Counted from the stretch's first letter, positions 8,187 to 17,453 are shown. The stretch is DNA of 64,000 bases from Thermoproteota archaeon (GCA_027491915.1 JAOZGC010000002.1:379344-443343); one strand, 5' to 3'. The notes: generated from the sequence alone by a model not told the origin. Translations and numbers: made by a program.

Positions 8187-9434
8187 GTGGCCTTCATAGA
8201 CCCGAGGGCCGCCGGGATATCCGGCGACATGTTCCTCGGGGCCCTGCTTGACCTGTCCGGGGAGGAGGGCATCCTGGAGAGGGTGGCCGAAGCGGTGGCC
8301 GGCGCGTCCGACAGGTTCAGGCGGGTCGGGGTGTCGACCGCCAGGGTGGTCAGGTCAGGGCTGTCGGCCACGAGGGTCGAGGTGGACTGCGACTGGGACG
8401 CCCGACCAGTCCCCCCCGAGGAGATCCTGGGGGAGGCCGCCAGGGCCGCCCGGGGGGTCGGCCTATCGGAGGGGGCGCGGTCCCTGGCGGTCAGGGTCGT
8501 GGAGATCCTGGCCTCAGCCGAGTCGGCCGTCCACGGTCCCGGGGCTCACCTGCACGAGCTCGCCTCCGCCGACACCCTGGTGGACGCCGTCGGGGCCGCG
8601 GCCCTGATGGAGTCCCTGGGGATCCTCCCGGGGGAGGCAGAGATCGTGTCGGCCCCCCCTGCCCTGGGCTCCGGGTTCGCGGAGACGGACCACGGCAGGG
8701 TGCCGGTCCCCGCGCCGGCGACCCTGGAGATAGCCTCCCGGGCCGGCATGCCCGTGACCGGATCGCCGGCCGCCGGGGAGCTGACCACCCCGACCGGCGC
8801 CGCCATCCTGGCCGCCGCGTCGGCCAGGTTCTCCTGGTCCCTGCCGGACATGGTGGTGGGAGGCGCGGGCCGGGGCGCCGGCGCCCGAGAAATCCCCGGG
8901 ATACCCAACGTCCTGACCGTGGTGGTCGGGTCCCCCCACCCCCACCCGGGGGAAGGGGCCCGGCGGCTGGCCGAGCTGGCGACCCACGTGGACGACGTCC
9001 CCGGGGAGATTCTCGGGGCCGCCATCTCCAGGCTCCTCGAGGAGGGGGCCCTGGACGTGGCCGCCGTACCGACCGTGACCAAGAAGGGGAGGCCGGGTCA
9101 CCTCATCCTCGTCCTGGTCGACTGGGACAGGAGGCTGGACATGGCGTCCGCCCTGATGAGGGAGACGGGTTCCGCAGGGGTGAGGATCAGGGAGGTCGGG
9201 AGGGTGGCGGCCGAGAGGTCCACCGGCGAGGTCGCGGTGCCCGTCGGCGGCCGGGAGTTCCGGGTCAGGCTGAAGGAGCTGAGGGTCCCCGGGGGAGGGG
9301 TCAGGCTGAAGCCCGAGTACGAGGACGTGGTCTCACTGTCCAGGGAGGCCGGGATCTCCCCCAGGGAGGCCTACGACCTGGTCTCGAGGGCCATCGCCGG
9401 GGCGCGCGCGGGGGAGGTCGAGGGCGGGGGGTGA
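8187..9434 (+). CDS. larC: LarC, nickel insertion protein (DUF111 family)
   Basis: N-terminus VAFIDPRAAGISGDMFLGALLD (the family's GISGDM motif). C-terminal region KKGRPGHLILVL. The GTG at 8187 is preferred; a TTG at 8172 overlaps the larB stop (TTGA). Confidence 0.85.
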   Translation: MAFIDPRAAGISGDMFLGALLDLSGEEGILERVAEAVAGASDRFRRVGVSTARVVRSGLSATRVEVDCDWDARPVPPEEILGEAARAARGVGLSEGARSLAVRVVEILASAESAVHGPGAHLHELASADTLVDAVGAAALMESLGILPGEAEIVSAPPALGSGFAETDHGRVPVPAPATLEIASRAGMPVTGSPAAGELTTPTGAAILAAASARFSWSLPDMVVGGAGRGAGAREIPGIPNVLTVVVGSPHPHPGEGARRLAELATHVDDVPGEILGAAISRLLEEGALDVAAVPTVTKKGRPGHLILVLVDWDRRLDMASALMRETGSAGVRIREVGRVAAERSTGEVAVPVGGREFRVRLKELRVPGGGVRLKPEYEDVVSLSREAGISPREAYDLVSRAIAGARAGEVEGGG

Positions 9435-10633
9435 CGGCGGCGGCCGATCGGGTCGGTCGGCCCGGGACCAGGGGGAACCTCCGCACTCTCGTGGTCGCCC
9501 AGGCCCTGACCGGGGCGTACGTCGGCGCCTACTACGTGATACTCCAGCCGATGCTCCTGTCCCTCGGGATGACCGTCGGCGAGATAGGGGTCCTGATGTC
9601 CCTGGCCGGGATGGGCGGGCTGATATCCTCCCTGGTGCAGCCCATAGGCGGGGTCCTGTCCGACTTGCTGGGTCGGAAGCCCCTGATCCTGACCCTGCAC
9701 GCGCTCGGCGTCGCCTCGTGCCTGGGCCTGCTGGCGGCCAGCCTGGCTCGAAGTCCCGAGGCCGCCGTCGCCGCGGTGCTAGTCTCGGCGGCCTCTTTCG
9801 TGGGATCCCCCGCCTGGGACGCGGCGGTCGCCGAGTCGACCGAGCCGGCCAGGTTCGGCGCCGCCTTCGGCGCGGTCGCCTCCGCCAGCACCCTCGCCGG
9901 GTTGATCTCCTCCCCCCTGTCCGGGGCGGCCGCCGACCTCCTCGGCTACCCCCCGGTCCTGGCGGCCGCCGCCGTCCTCCAGGCGGCCGCCGCGGCGGCC
10001 GTGTGGCTGCGCTACCGGGAGGGTCTGCCCCCCGCGAGGAGGGAGAGCCTGCCCCGAATCCTCTCCAGGGTGCTCTCCCCACCTGGCAGGCTCAGGGGGA
10101 TCTTCGCCGTGATGGCCATGGACTCTGCGGCCTGGTGGGTGGTCACCCCAATCCTCACCGGGATGCTGGTCGACTCCTACGGCCTGACCAACCTGGAGGT
10201 CGGGATCCTGTCCGCGACCTTCTCCGCGAGCTGGGCTGTCTTCCAGATGCCGGCCGGTTTGCTGGTCGACAGGTTCGGTCCCAGGCCGGTCTTGACGATT
10301 TCAGAGGCGTTGGGCGTGCCCCTCGCCCTCACACTATCTTCTAAACTCGGATTCTCCTCTCTACTGGTCGCGGAGGTCATCTTGGGCGCGGCCGTGGCCA
10401 CCTGGATACCGAGCTTCAAGTCCTACGTCATCTCGGCGGCGGGGGAGGACGACGTCGCCGGATCCATGGGGAGGCTAAACGCCCTCCGCGGCGTTGTGGG
10501 CTTCCCCTCCCCCGCCCTGGGGGGGGTCCTCTACGAGACCTGGGGGATGACCGGCCCGCTGACCGCGCTCGCACTGGGGTCGGTCGCCGTCGCCGCGGCC
10601 GCGTGGCTCCTGCTCGGCCCGCCGGGAGACTGA
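9431..10633 (+). CDS. MFS transporter, start overlapping the larC stop (GTGA)
   Basis: About 12 hydrophobic segments. MFS loop motif GVLSDLLGRKPLIL. Confidence 0.8.
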   Translation: MTAAADRVGRPGTRGNLRTLVVAQALTGAYVGAYYVILQPMLLSLGMTVGEIGVLMSLAGMGGLISSLVQPIGGVLSDLLGRKPLILTLHALGVASCLGLLAASLARSPEAAVAAVLVSAASFVGSPAWDAAVAESTEPARFGAAFGAVASASTLAGLISSPLSGAAADLLGYPPVLAAAAVLQAAAAAAVWLRYREGLPPARRESLPRILSRVLSPPGRLRGIFAVMAMDSAAWWVVTPILTGMLVDSYGLTNLEVGILSATFSASWAVFQMPAGLLVDRFGPRPVLTISEALGVPLALTLSSKLGFSSLLVAEVILGAAVATWIPSFKSYVISAAGEDDVAGSMGRLNALRGVVGFPSPALGGVLYETWGMTGPLTALALGSVAVAAAAWLLLGPPGD

Positions 10634-10648
10634 GCACCCGACCGTCTC

Positions 10649-10656
10649 ATTTTTTA
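10649..10656 (+). promoter_or_regulatory. TATA-like box (ATTTTTTA) 25-32 nt upstream of the bcp GTG
   Basis: A/T-rich element in an otherwise GC-rich spacer. The spacing fits a leaderless archaeal transcript. Confidence 0.45.
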
Positions 10657-10680
10657 CCCTCCCGAGCCGACGCCCGGTCG

Positions 10681-11151
10681 GTGAGGGCTCTGGTCTCTGA
10701 GGGAGACGAGGCGCCGGACTTCGAGCTGCCGGCCCACACGGGGGAGACCGTCAGGCTCTCGGATCTCAGGGGGAGGCCGGTCGTCCTCTACTTCTATCCG
10801 AGGGCGGGGACCCCGGGCTGCACCAGGGAGGCCGAGAGGTTCAACTCCCTCCTGGAGGAGTTCTCCTCTCTCGGCGTGGAGGTCCTAGGGATCAGCACAG
10901 ACTCCCCGCGGGCCGCGGCCAGATTCGCAGATAGGCTCGGCCTCCGATTCAGGCTCCTTTCGGACGTCGACGGGCGGGTCGCCTCGTCCTACGGCGCGCT
11001 GAAGGCGGGCACCAAGAGGCCGAGCGCGAGGAGGGTCACCTTCATCCTGGGATCCGACGGCAGGATCCTCAAGATCTTGGAGGGAGTGAGGCCGGCCCAG
11101 AGGCACGCCGACCTGGCGCTGGAGTTCGTGAGGGAGAAGCTCGGTTCCTGA
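10681..11151 (+). CDS. bcp: Peroxiredoxin, Bcp type (thiol peroxidase)
   Basis: APDFELPAHTGETVRLSDLRGRPVVLYFYPRAGTPGCTREA contains the peroxidatic Cys motif. GTG start chosen at VRALVSEGDEAPDF. Confidence 0.9.
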   Translation: MRALVSEGDEAPDFELPAHTGETVRLSDLRGRPVVLYFYPRAGTPGCTREAERFNSLLEEFSSLGVEVLGISTDSPRAAARFADRLGLRFRLLSDVDGRVASSYGALKAGTKRPSARRVTFILGSDGRILKILEGVRPAQRHADLALEFVREKLGS

Positions 11152-11223
11152 CCGGATCCGATATTCACGATCGAGTATATCGGGCTTTATTAGCTCTCCA
11201 GGCCCCCCGGGAGTAGACCGGAC

Positions 11224-13071
11224 ATGCCGGGAGGCTATATGGGCAAGATCCTGTACGTCGACCTCTCCTCCGGCTCCATCAAGGAGGAGCCCATAGACGA
11301 GGAGGTCGCCCGCAAGTACCTGGGTGGTAAGGGATACGCGGTCTACCTGCTCTATCAATACCTGAAGGAGTACGAGGCCAGGGGCCTGGCCCCGCAGGAC
11401 ATAGACCCGCTGGGACCCGAGAATGTCCTGATATTCGCCACCGGACCTGGGACCGGGATACCCGGGTTTCCGTCCCCGGGCAGGTACCACGTCATGGCCC
11501 TGAGGTCTCCCCTCACCGGCTCCATAGGCAGCGGCAACTCCGGCGGGGAGTTCGGGCCATTCATGAAGTTCGCCGGCTACGACATGATAGTGATAGAGGG
11601 GGCGTCCGACAGGCCGGTCTACCTCTCCATAGTCAACGGGGAGGTCGAGCTCAAGGACGCCTCCGACCTGTGGGGCATGACGGTCTTCGACACCACCAGG
11701 ATACTGAAGAAGAGGGTCGGCGGGAAGAACACCAGCGTGGCCTGCATAGGGCCCGCGGGCGAGAACCTGGTTATGATGGCGGCCATAATGAACGACGAGC
11801 ACAGGGCCGTCGGGAGGACGGGCCTCGGCGCGGTAATGGGGTCCAAGATGCTCAAGGCCATAGTGGTCTCCGGCGACCAGCAGGTCCCGGTGGCCAGGCC
11901 GGAAGACTTCAAGAAGGCGGCCGACAAGGCCCGCGAGCTCCTGATGAAGGACCCGGTGACCTCCGAGGGGCTGCCCAAGTACGGGACCGCCGTCCTCGTT
12001 AACATAATCAACCAGGCGGGCATGCTGCCGTTCAAGAACTGGCAGTTCGAATACAACCCGGACGCCGACAAGATAAGCGGAGAGACCCTGGAGAAGGAGT
12101 ACCTGATCAAGAGGAGACCGTGCTGGGGATGCATCATAGGCTGCGGCAGGGTGACCAAGGTCCAGATGGGCCCCTACCAGGTCCTCTACTCGGAGGGACC
12201 CGAGTACGAGTCCGTCTGGGCTCTGGGCAACGACACCGGCGTCATGGAGCTGGACGCCGTGATAAAGTCCAACCACCTCTGCGACGAGCTGGGCATGGAC
12301 CCGATAAGCCTGGGCTCGACCATAGCCTGCGCCATGGAGCTCTACGAGAAGGGTTACATACCTGAGGAGGACCTCCAGGGGGTCGACCTCAAGTTCGGCA
12401 ACCCGGCCGCCCTGGTGGAGCTCACCTGGAGGACCGCCTACAAGTCCGGGTTCGGCAAGATGATAGCCATGGGCTCCAAGAGGCTGGCCGAGGTCTACGG
12501 GGCGCCCGAGCTCTCCATGAGCGTCAAGGGTCTGGAGATGCCGGCCTACGACCCCAGGGGGGCCAAGGGCATAGGGCTGGAGTACGCCACCTCCAACAGG
12601 GGAGGGTGCCACGTCACCGGCTACACCATAGCCCCGGAGATCCTCTCCCACCCCGAGAAGATAGACCCGCTCACCCCGGAGGGCAAGGCCAAGTGGGTCA
12701 AGATATTCCAGGACTTCACCTGCGTGGTCAACTCCACCGTCAACTGTCTGTTCGACACGTTTGCCCTGGGGGCCGGAGAGTACGCCGAGCTCCTCTCCGC
12801 CGTCACTGGGTGGGACCTCACCGAGGACGATGTGATGAGGATAGGGGAGAGGATCTACAACCTCGAGAGGGTCATAATCAACAGGTACGGGTTCGACGGG
12901 AAGGACGACACCCTGCCCAGGAGGCTCCTGGAGGAGCCCATGCCCGAGGGTCCCGCCAAGGGCCAGGTCGTGGAGCTCGACAAGATGCTCAAGGAGTACT
13001 ACGAGCTCAGGGGATGGGTCGACGGCAAGCCCACGCCGGAGAAGCTCAGGGAGCTCGAGATCGAGCTCTGA
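11224..13071 (+). CDS. aor: Aldehyde:ferredoxin oxidoreductase family tungstoenzyme, paralogue 1 (stand-alone)
   Basis: N-terminus GKILYVDLSSGSI. GRTGLGAVMGSK. Cluster motif PCWGCIIGCGR (CX2CX3C). GPEYES. C-terminal DDTLPRRLLEEPMPEGPAKG. 615 aa. Confidence 0.95.
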   Translation: MPGGYMGKILYVDLSSGSIKEEPIDEEVARKYLGGKGYAVYLLYQYLKEYEARGLAPQDIDPLGPENVLIFATGPGTGIPGFPSPGRYHVMALRSPLTGSIGSGNSGGEFGPFMKFAGYDMIVIEGASDRPVYLSIVNGEVELKDASDLWGMTVFDTTRILKKRVGGKNTSVACIGPAGENLVMMAAIMNDEHRAVGRTGLGAVMGSKMLKAIVVSGDQQVPVARPEDFKKAADKARELLMKDPVTSEGLPKYGTAVLVNIINQAGMLPFKNWQFEYNPDADKISGETLEKEYLIKRRPCWGCIIGCGRVTKVQMGPYQVLYSEGPEYESVWALGNDTGVMELDAVIKSNHLCDELGMDPISLGSTIACAMELYEKGYIPEEDLQGVDLKFGNPAALVELTWRTAYKSGFGKMIAMGSKRLAEVYGAPELSMSVKGLEMPAYDPRGAKGIGLEYATSNRGGCHVTGYTIAPEILSHPEKIDPLTPEGKAKWVKIFQDFTCVVNSTVNCLFDTFALGAGEYAELLSAVTGWDLTEDDVMRIGERIYNLERVIINRYGFDGKDDTLPRRLLEEPMPEGPAKGQVVELDKMLKEYYELRGWVDGKPTPEKLRELEIEL

Positions 13072-13132
13072 GCCTCTCCCCCTCCATTTTTCTTCCGCCC
13101 GCCGGGCCGGTCCCGCAGCGGAGGGACCTCCC

Positions 13133-13426
13133 TTGCCCAGGGTGAGGCTGCTGCTCTTTGCCACCCTGAGGGAGAAGTTCGGCGTCAAGGAGCTGGACCT
13201 GGAGCTCGGTCGAGGAGGTGGGCTCAGGGAGCTGTTCGAGGCGGCCGCCGACCGGCTGGGCGGAGACTTCCTCTCCGAGGTGTTGGACGACTCCGGCCTC
13301 CCCAGGGACGACAGGATAATAATGGTGAACGGGAGGAACGTGAAGGACACCCCGGACAGGGGGACCTCCATCAGGCTGGCCGACGGGGACGTCGTCGCGG
13401 TCTTCCCACCGATAGCCGGCGGCTGA
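13133..13426 (+). CDS. MoaD/ThiS-family ubiquitin-like sulfur-carrier protein ending in Gly-Gly
   Basis: RLLLFATLREKFG ... VAVFPPIAGG-stop. The start is TTG 13133 or GTG 13142. Confidence 0.8.
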   Translation: MPRVRLLLFATLREKFGVKELDLELGRGGGLRELFEAAADRLGGDFLSEVLDDSGLPRDDRIIMVNGRNVKDTPDRGTSIRLADGDVVAVFPPIAGG

Positions 13427-13461
13427 CAACATTTTTATAGCCACCGCCCGACGCCGCGACC

Positions 13462-14751
13462 GTGCCGGACGAGTACCCGAGGATCCTGCAGGTGGAGCCC
13501 ACCAACGCCTGCAACCTGAACTGCATAATGTGCGTGAGGAGGACATGGGACGCCCGCGTCGGGTACATGGACCCCCGCCTCTACGAGAGGCTCGCCGAGG
13601 AGGCCTTCCCCCACCTGGAGAGGCTCACGCTGTACGGCCTGGGGGAGCCCACCTCCCACCCGAACTTCGTCGAGATGGTGGAGATCGCCAGGCGCAGGCT
13701 CCCAGAGGAGGCCACCATCTTCTTCTCCACCAACGGGACGCTGCTCGGGCCGAGGATGGCCGACAGGCTCGTCTTGGACCTGGGGGTGGACTCAATCTCC
13801 TTCTCCATCGACACCGCCGACGCCGCCAAGCTCTCCAGGATAAGGGAGGGGGCCAGACCAGGCCTGGTCCTGTCCAACCTGAGGCACGTCGGGGAGATAA
13901 AGGGGAGAGCCCCCAGGGACTTCACCCTGGCGGTGGAGGCCGTCCTCATGAGGCAGAACCTGGACGACCTGCCGGACCTGGTGAGGACCGCGGCCGACCT
14001 TGGGGTGGACGAGGTCTACCTCTCCCACGTCGTCCCCTACACCAGGCAGATGTACGAGATGGCGGTCTACCTGACCTTCACCAGGGAGGCCCTGGAGCTG
14101 GCGGGCCCGATCCTGGAGGACGAGGATCGGGTGAAGCTGGCCCTCTCCCAGGAGATGGGGATAGTCTACGCCGGTAGGTCTGAGGCCCCGGCCAGGGAGG
14201 TCCTCCTCAGCGTGTGGGACGAGGCCCTCGGCAGGGGCCTCTGGCTGAACCTCCCTATGATGAGGGAGGAGTCTGACAGGCTGAGGGCGTTCGAGAGGGC
14301 AGCCTCCGCCGTGGAGGAGGCCGCCGAGCTGGCGGATGAGCTGGGGGTGAGGCTGCACGTTCCCCCCTTCCACCCGGACGCCAGGGAGAGGAGCTGCCCC
14401 TACGTGGAGTCCGACGCGGCGGTCGTCAGGTGGGACGGCAAGGTGGCGCCCTGCCTGGACTTCATGTACACCCACCCGATGTGGGTGAACGGCCACCTCA
14501 AGCTCGTTAGGGAGGTCTACTTCGGCGACCTGAACGAGGAGAGCCTGGCGGACGTGTGGAACTCCCCGGAGTACGTCGAGTTCAGGAGGGCCAGGAGGTC
14601 CATGTCGGCCGAGATCCCGTGGTGCGGCGACTGCCCCTACTCCACCCAGGAGTGCTGGTTCACCAGGTCCAACGAGGTGGACTGCAGGGGGAACTCCCCC
14701 CACTGCGGCGAGTGCCTGTACAGCGTGGGCATATCCAGGTGCCTGATCTGA
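13462..14751 (+). CDS. Radical SAM/SPASM-domain maturase of the type found next to tungsten oxidoreductases
   Basis: VEPTNACNLNCIMC (CX3CX2C). Cys-rich C-terminal SPASM-like region (CPYVE...APCLDF...WCGDCPYSTQECWF...CGECLYS). Sits directly downstream of the AOR and MoaD-like genes. Confidence 0.8.
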   Translation: MPDEYPRILQVEPTNACNLNCIMCVRRTWDARVGYMDPRLYERLAEEAFPHLERLTLYGLGEPTSHPNFVEMVEIARRRLPEEATIFFSTNGTLLGPRMADRLVLDLGVDSISFSIDTADAAKLSRIREGARPGLVLSNLRHVGEIKGRAPRDFTLAVEAVLMRQNLDDLPDLVRTAADLGVDEVYLSHVVPYTRQMYEMAVYLTFTREALELAGPILEDEDRVKLALSQEMGIVYAGRSEAPAREVLLSVWDEALGRGLWLNLPMMREESDRLRAFERAASAVEEAAELADELGVRLHVPPFHPDARERSCPYVESDAAVVRWDGKVAPCLDFMYTHPMWVNGHLKLVREVYFGDLNEESLADVWNSPEYVEFRRARRSMSAEIPWCGDCPYSTQECWFTRSNEVDCRGNSPHCGECLYSVGISRCLI

Positions 14752-14833
14752 CCTCGGACCCGCGCCCGTTCCGACCCGTTCCACCGGGTTCCTTATACCC
14801 CCGGCCCCCGTCCCACCCCACGGCGAGGGCACC

Positions 14834-15784
14834 ATGACGACCTCCGCGACGCTGGCCGTGACCCTCTCGATCCTGTCACTGTCGGTCGCGTCCGCCGCAC
14901 CCGGATTCCTGTCCCCCTCCCGGCCCGGGGTTGGGGGGCCGACCCCCATGGCCCTCCAGGCCAACGAGACGGCCCTCCGGGGGGCGGGCAACGCCAGGGC
15001 CCTGTACGAGAGGGCCAGGGATTTCGCGCTGAACCTCGCCTCGAGGGCCGAGGGGGCAGGCCTCCCCGACGTGGCCGCATCCCTGAGGGAGGCCGTCTCC
15101 TCCGCGGACGAGCTCTATGGCAGGGCCGTCGAGGCCTACGACGAGGGCGACTTCGAGACCGCGAGGTCCGAGTTCAGGGAGGCCCTCTCCACCCTGAAGG
15201 CCGCTGTGGCAGAGGCCCTCAGGGCCATGGGGGAGGCGGGCGAGAACGTCACCGGCGTCCGCAGGGCGCTGGCGGCCATAGTCAGGCTGAAGAGGTACAT
15301 CTCCAGGGAGGAGCGGATCCTGGCCAGGATGGCCGCCGCGGGGGTGGACGTCTCCGACCCGCGGGCCGCCCTGGAGAGGGCCAGGGGCAACCTGTCCGAG
15401 GCGGTGGATCTCTGCAGATCCGGCCGCTGCTCCGAGGCTCGGGAGAGCCTCCGCCAGGCGGCAGGCGAGGTCAGGTGGGTGGCCGGGTGGATAAGGGACC
15501 ACGCCGACGATTTCAGGAACTCCACCCTGGGGGCCAGGGCCCAGAGGATCATCGCGAAGGTTGAGAGGGTGAAGTCCAGGCTGTCCAGGCTAGAGCAGAG
15601 GCTGCGCGATGCCAACAGGACGGAGGACGCCGAGGCGGTCGCCTCGGCCATCGAGAGGCTGAGCTCCCTGGAGGACCAGTTCAGGCAGGCCGCCGAATCT
15701 GGGGACCGGGAGGGGGCCGCGGCGGCGGTCAGGGAGATGTACCGGGTGCTGAGGGACCTCAGGGCGGAGCTGAGGGGGGGCTGA
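14834..15784 (+). CDS. Secreted all-alpha hypothetical protein with several N-X-S/T sequons
   Basis: N-terminal hydrophobic signal TLAVTLSILSLSVASAAP, followed by Ala/Glu/Arg-rich helical repeats. NET, NVT, NLS, NST and NRT sequons. Confidence 0.55.
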   Translation: MTTSATLAVTLSILSLSVASAAPGFLSPSRPGVGGPTPMALQANETALRGAGNARALYERARDFALNLASRAEGAGLPDVAASLREAVSSADELYGRAVEAYDEGDFETARSEFREALSTLKAAVAEALRAMGEAGENVTGVRRALAAIVRLKRYISREERILARMAAAGVDVSDPRAALERARGNLSEAVDLCRSGRCSEARESLRQAAGEVRWVAGWIRDHADDFRNSTLGARAQRIIAKVERVKSRLSRLEQRLRDANRTEDAEAVASAIERLSSLEDQFRQAAESGDREGAAAAVREMYRVLRDLRAELRGG

Positions 15785-15802
15785 CCTCCCCCTAATCCCA
15801 CC

Positions 15803-15810
15803 TTTTTTTT
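15803..15810 (+). terminator. T8 tract after the 14834..15784 gene (oligo-T terminator and/or TATA-like element for the next gene)
   Basis: cctttttttt read directly. 19 nt after the stop, and 24-31 nt before an alternative GTG (15834) of the next gene. Confidence 0.4.
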
Positions 15811-15821
15811 ACCCCGCGGGG

Positions 15822-16676
15822 GTGGGGCGCCGCGTGGGCGCCTGGGCGATACTGGCGGTCCTCCTGATGCTCCAGGCCCCTCCGGGTCCTGGGGTCCCCT
15901 CCTGCAACGTCTCGATCTACGGAGACGGGTGGGCCTCCGTGGACTGCAGGCTGCCGTCCCCCGGCAGGATGGAGGTTGAGGTCCCCCTCCTGGGGGGGGC
16001 CGACGCCCTCCTGGCGTCCGACGGGGAGGGGAACCCCCTGAACCACACCCCGCTCCCGTCCTCCGGCGCCGTACTGGTGGAGGCGGCGGACGCCGACGTG
16101 ATCGTCGTCTCCTACCAGACACCCGACCTGACCGCCAAGTCGGACGGGCTGTGGACCGCGTCGGCCGAAGCGCCGCCCAACTGGACCGTCAGGCTGACGC
16201 TGCCGCGCGGAGCCGTAGTCCTCGGGGTCGACCCGTATCCGGAATCGCTCCTCTGGAATGACTCCACGCCGATACTCACCTTCTCGGGGGGGTTCTCGGT
16301 CGACTACGCCCTGCCGCCCCCGGAGCGGGGGGGCAACTGGTGGGGCCTCGTCCCTCCGCTGGCAGCCGCCGCGGCGGCAGCCGCCGCGGCCTACCTCCTC
16401 GCCCGGCGGGTCGGGCGCCGCAGGTCCGAATCCACCGGGGAGAGGCCCAGGCTCTCTCTGGACGACGTGGCCGTGCTCAGGTACGTGGCCGCCGCCGGAG
16501 GCAGTGCCTACCAGTCGGAGATCAGGGCATCCCTCGGGATGCCCAAGACCACCCTTTGGAGGAGGCTCAAGAGGCTCGAGGCCGCCGGCCTGGTGAGGCT
16601 CGAGGGAACTCCGGAAGGCCACCTCGTCGTCTTGACGGAGGAGGGGAGGGGGCTGGCCGGCCTCGGGGGGCCTTGA
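15822..16676 (+). CDS. Membrane-tethered winged-helix transcription-regulator-like protein (extracellular domain, one TM, C-terminal wHTH)
   Basis: Signal/anchor AWAILAVLLML. Extracytoplasmic domain with NVS, NHT, NWT and NDS sequons. TM segment WWGLVPPLAAAAAAAAAAYLLA. C-terminal LRYVAAAGGSAYQSEIRASLGMPKTTLWRRLKRLEAAGLV (wHTH). Confidence 0.65.
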   Translation: MGRRVGAWAILAVLLMLQAPPGPGVPSCNVSIYGDGWASVDCRLPSPGRMEVEVPLLGGADALLASDGEGNPLNHTPLPSSGAVLVEAADADVIVVSYQTPDLTAKSDGLWTASAEAPPNWTVRLTLPRGAVVLGVDPYPESLLWNDSTPILTFSGGFSVDYALPPPERGGNWWGLVPPLAAAAAAAAAAYLLARRVGRRRSESTGERPRLSLDDVAVLRYVAAAGGSAYQSEIRASLGMPKTTLWRRLKRLEAAGLVRLEGTPEGHLVVLTEEGRGLAGLGGP

Positions 16677-16715
16677 CCCACCGAGTCCGGATCGGGCGGG
16701 AGGTGAGGTGACCCC

Positions 16716-17453
16716 TTGAGGCGGAGGGCTGCCCTGGCCCTGGCCCTGGCCGCGGCCGCGCTCCTGGCCCTGGCCGCGCTAATCGCGGTCAACCCGGATT
16801 CCGCCGGCCGGTCCGGGTGCCCCCGGGGGGTCCTCATACTGGATACCCTCTCCTCCACGGACCCCAATCCCGATATGCTGGCCAGGGTCGCGGCGGACCT
16901 CAGGTCGGCGGGGTGCCGGGTGACTACCCTCCTGGGCCGGAACGCCACGGTGGAGAACATCTTGAGGTACTTCCCAGACGCCGACGTTATCTTGGCAAGG
17001 GTCCACTCCCTCAGGGCCCATCTCCAGTCTGGAGAGGTCGGGACCATCCTGGTCACCGCGGAGCCGTACAGCAGGTACGCCCACTCCTACCTGCAGGCCT
17101 CCGGGGGGGCCGTGGAGGTCCGGCTGAATCCCTCCGGCGCCGGGGTGGAGGGGAGCTACTTCGGCCTCACCTCCTCGATCCTGGCGCCCAGGCTGCGCGC
17201 CTCGGGCGCGGCCTTCGTCGGCTGCGAGACCGGCGACGGGGACGACCTGGCCTCGGCAGTCCTCTCGTCCGGTTGGTGGTTCGTCGGTGTGAGGGGCGAC
17301 GTCAGCGTCGGTTACGCCGACGCCCTGTTCGAATCCGTGGCCGAGGGACTGGTCAGGGGGGAGGATCTCTGTTCGGCCGTCGACCGATTCGCCTCCCTGG
17401 TGGGTCCCGACCCCAACTTCGGCGGCGTCCCCTCCTGCCTCGAGAGACCGTGA
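16716..17453 (+). CDS. Secreted/membrane-anchored hypothetical protein
   Basis: TTG start. Signal-anchor RRRAALALALAAAALLALAALIAV. No recognisable catalytic motif. Confidence 0.5.
   Translation: MRRRAALALALAAAALLALAALIAVNPDSAGRSGCPRGVLILDTLSSTDPNPDMLARVAADLRSAGCRVTTLLGRNATVENILRYFPDADVILARVHSLRAHLQSGEVGTILVTAEPYSRYAHSYLQASGGAVEVRLNPSGAGVEGSYFGLTSSILAPRLRASGAAFVGCETGDGDDLASAVLSSGWWFVGVRGDVSVGYADALFESVAEGLVRGEDLCSAVDRFASLVGPDPNFGGVPSCLERP

Noticed and set aside
6171-9434. Very long ORFs in alternative frames or on opposite strands (for example 6171..9434 at 1087 aa, 10885..13371 at 828 aa, 33299..35320 at 673 aa, 38518..40464 at 648 aa, 44829..47594 at 921 aa, 31501..32907 at 468 aa)
   Set aside because: Their translations are R/G/P/H-rich low-complexity strings with no motifs. 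They overlap genes with clear family signatures and arise from stop-codon scarcity in GC-rich DNA. Only the 3' third of 6171..9434 (larC) is real.
17353-17453. Long convergent gene overlaps (17353-17453, 39945-39963, 53034-53080, 55104-55129) as possible antisense regulation
   Set aside because: Most parsimoniously these are due to late stop codons in GC-rich sequence. The overlapping tails are low-complexity (for example RGRRGRRRSWGRDPPGRR) and nothing suggests function.
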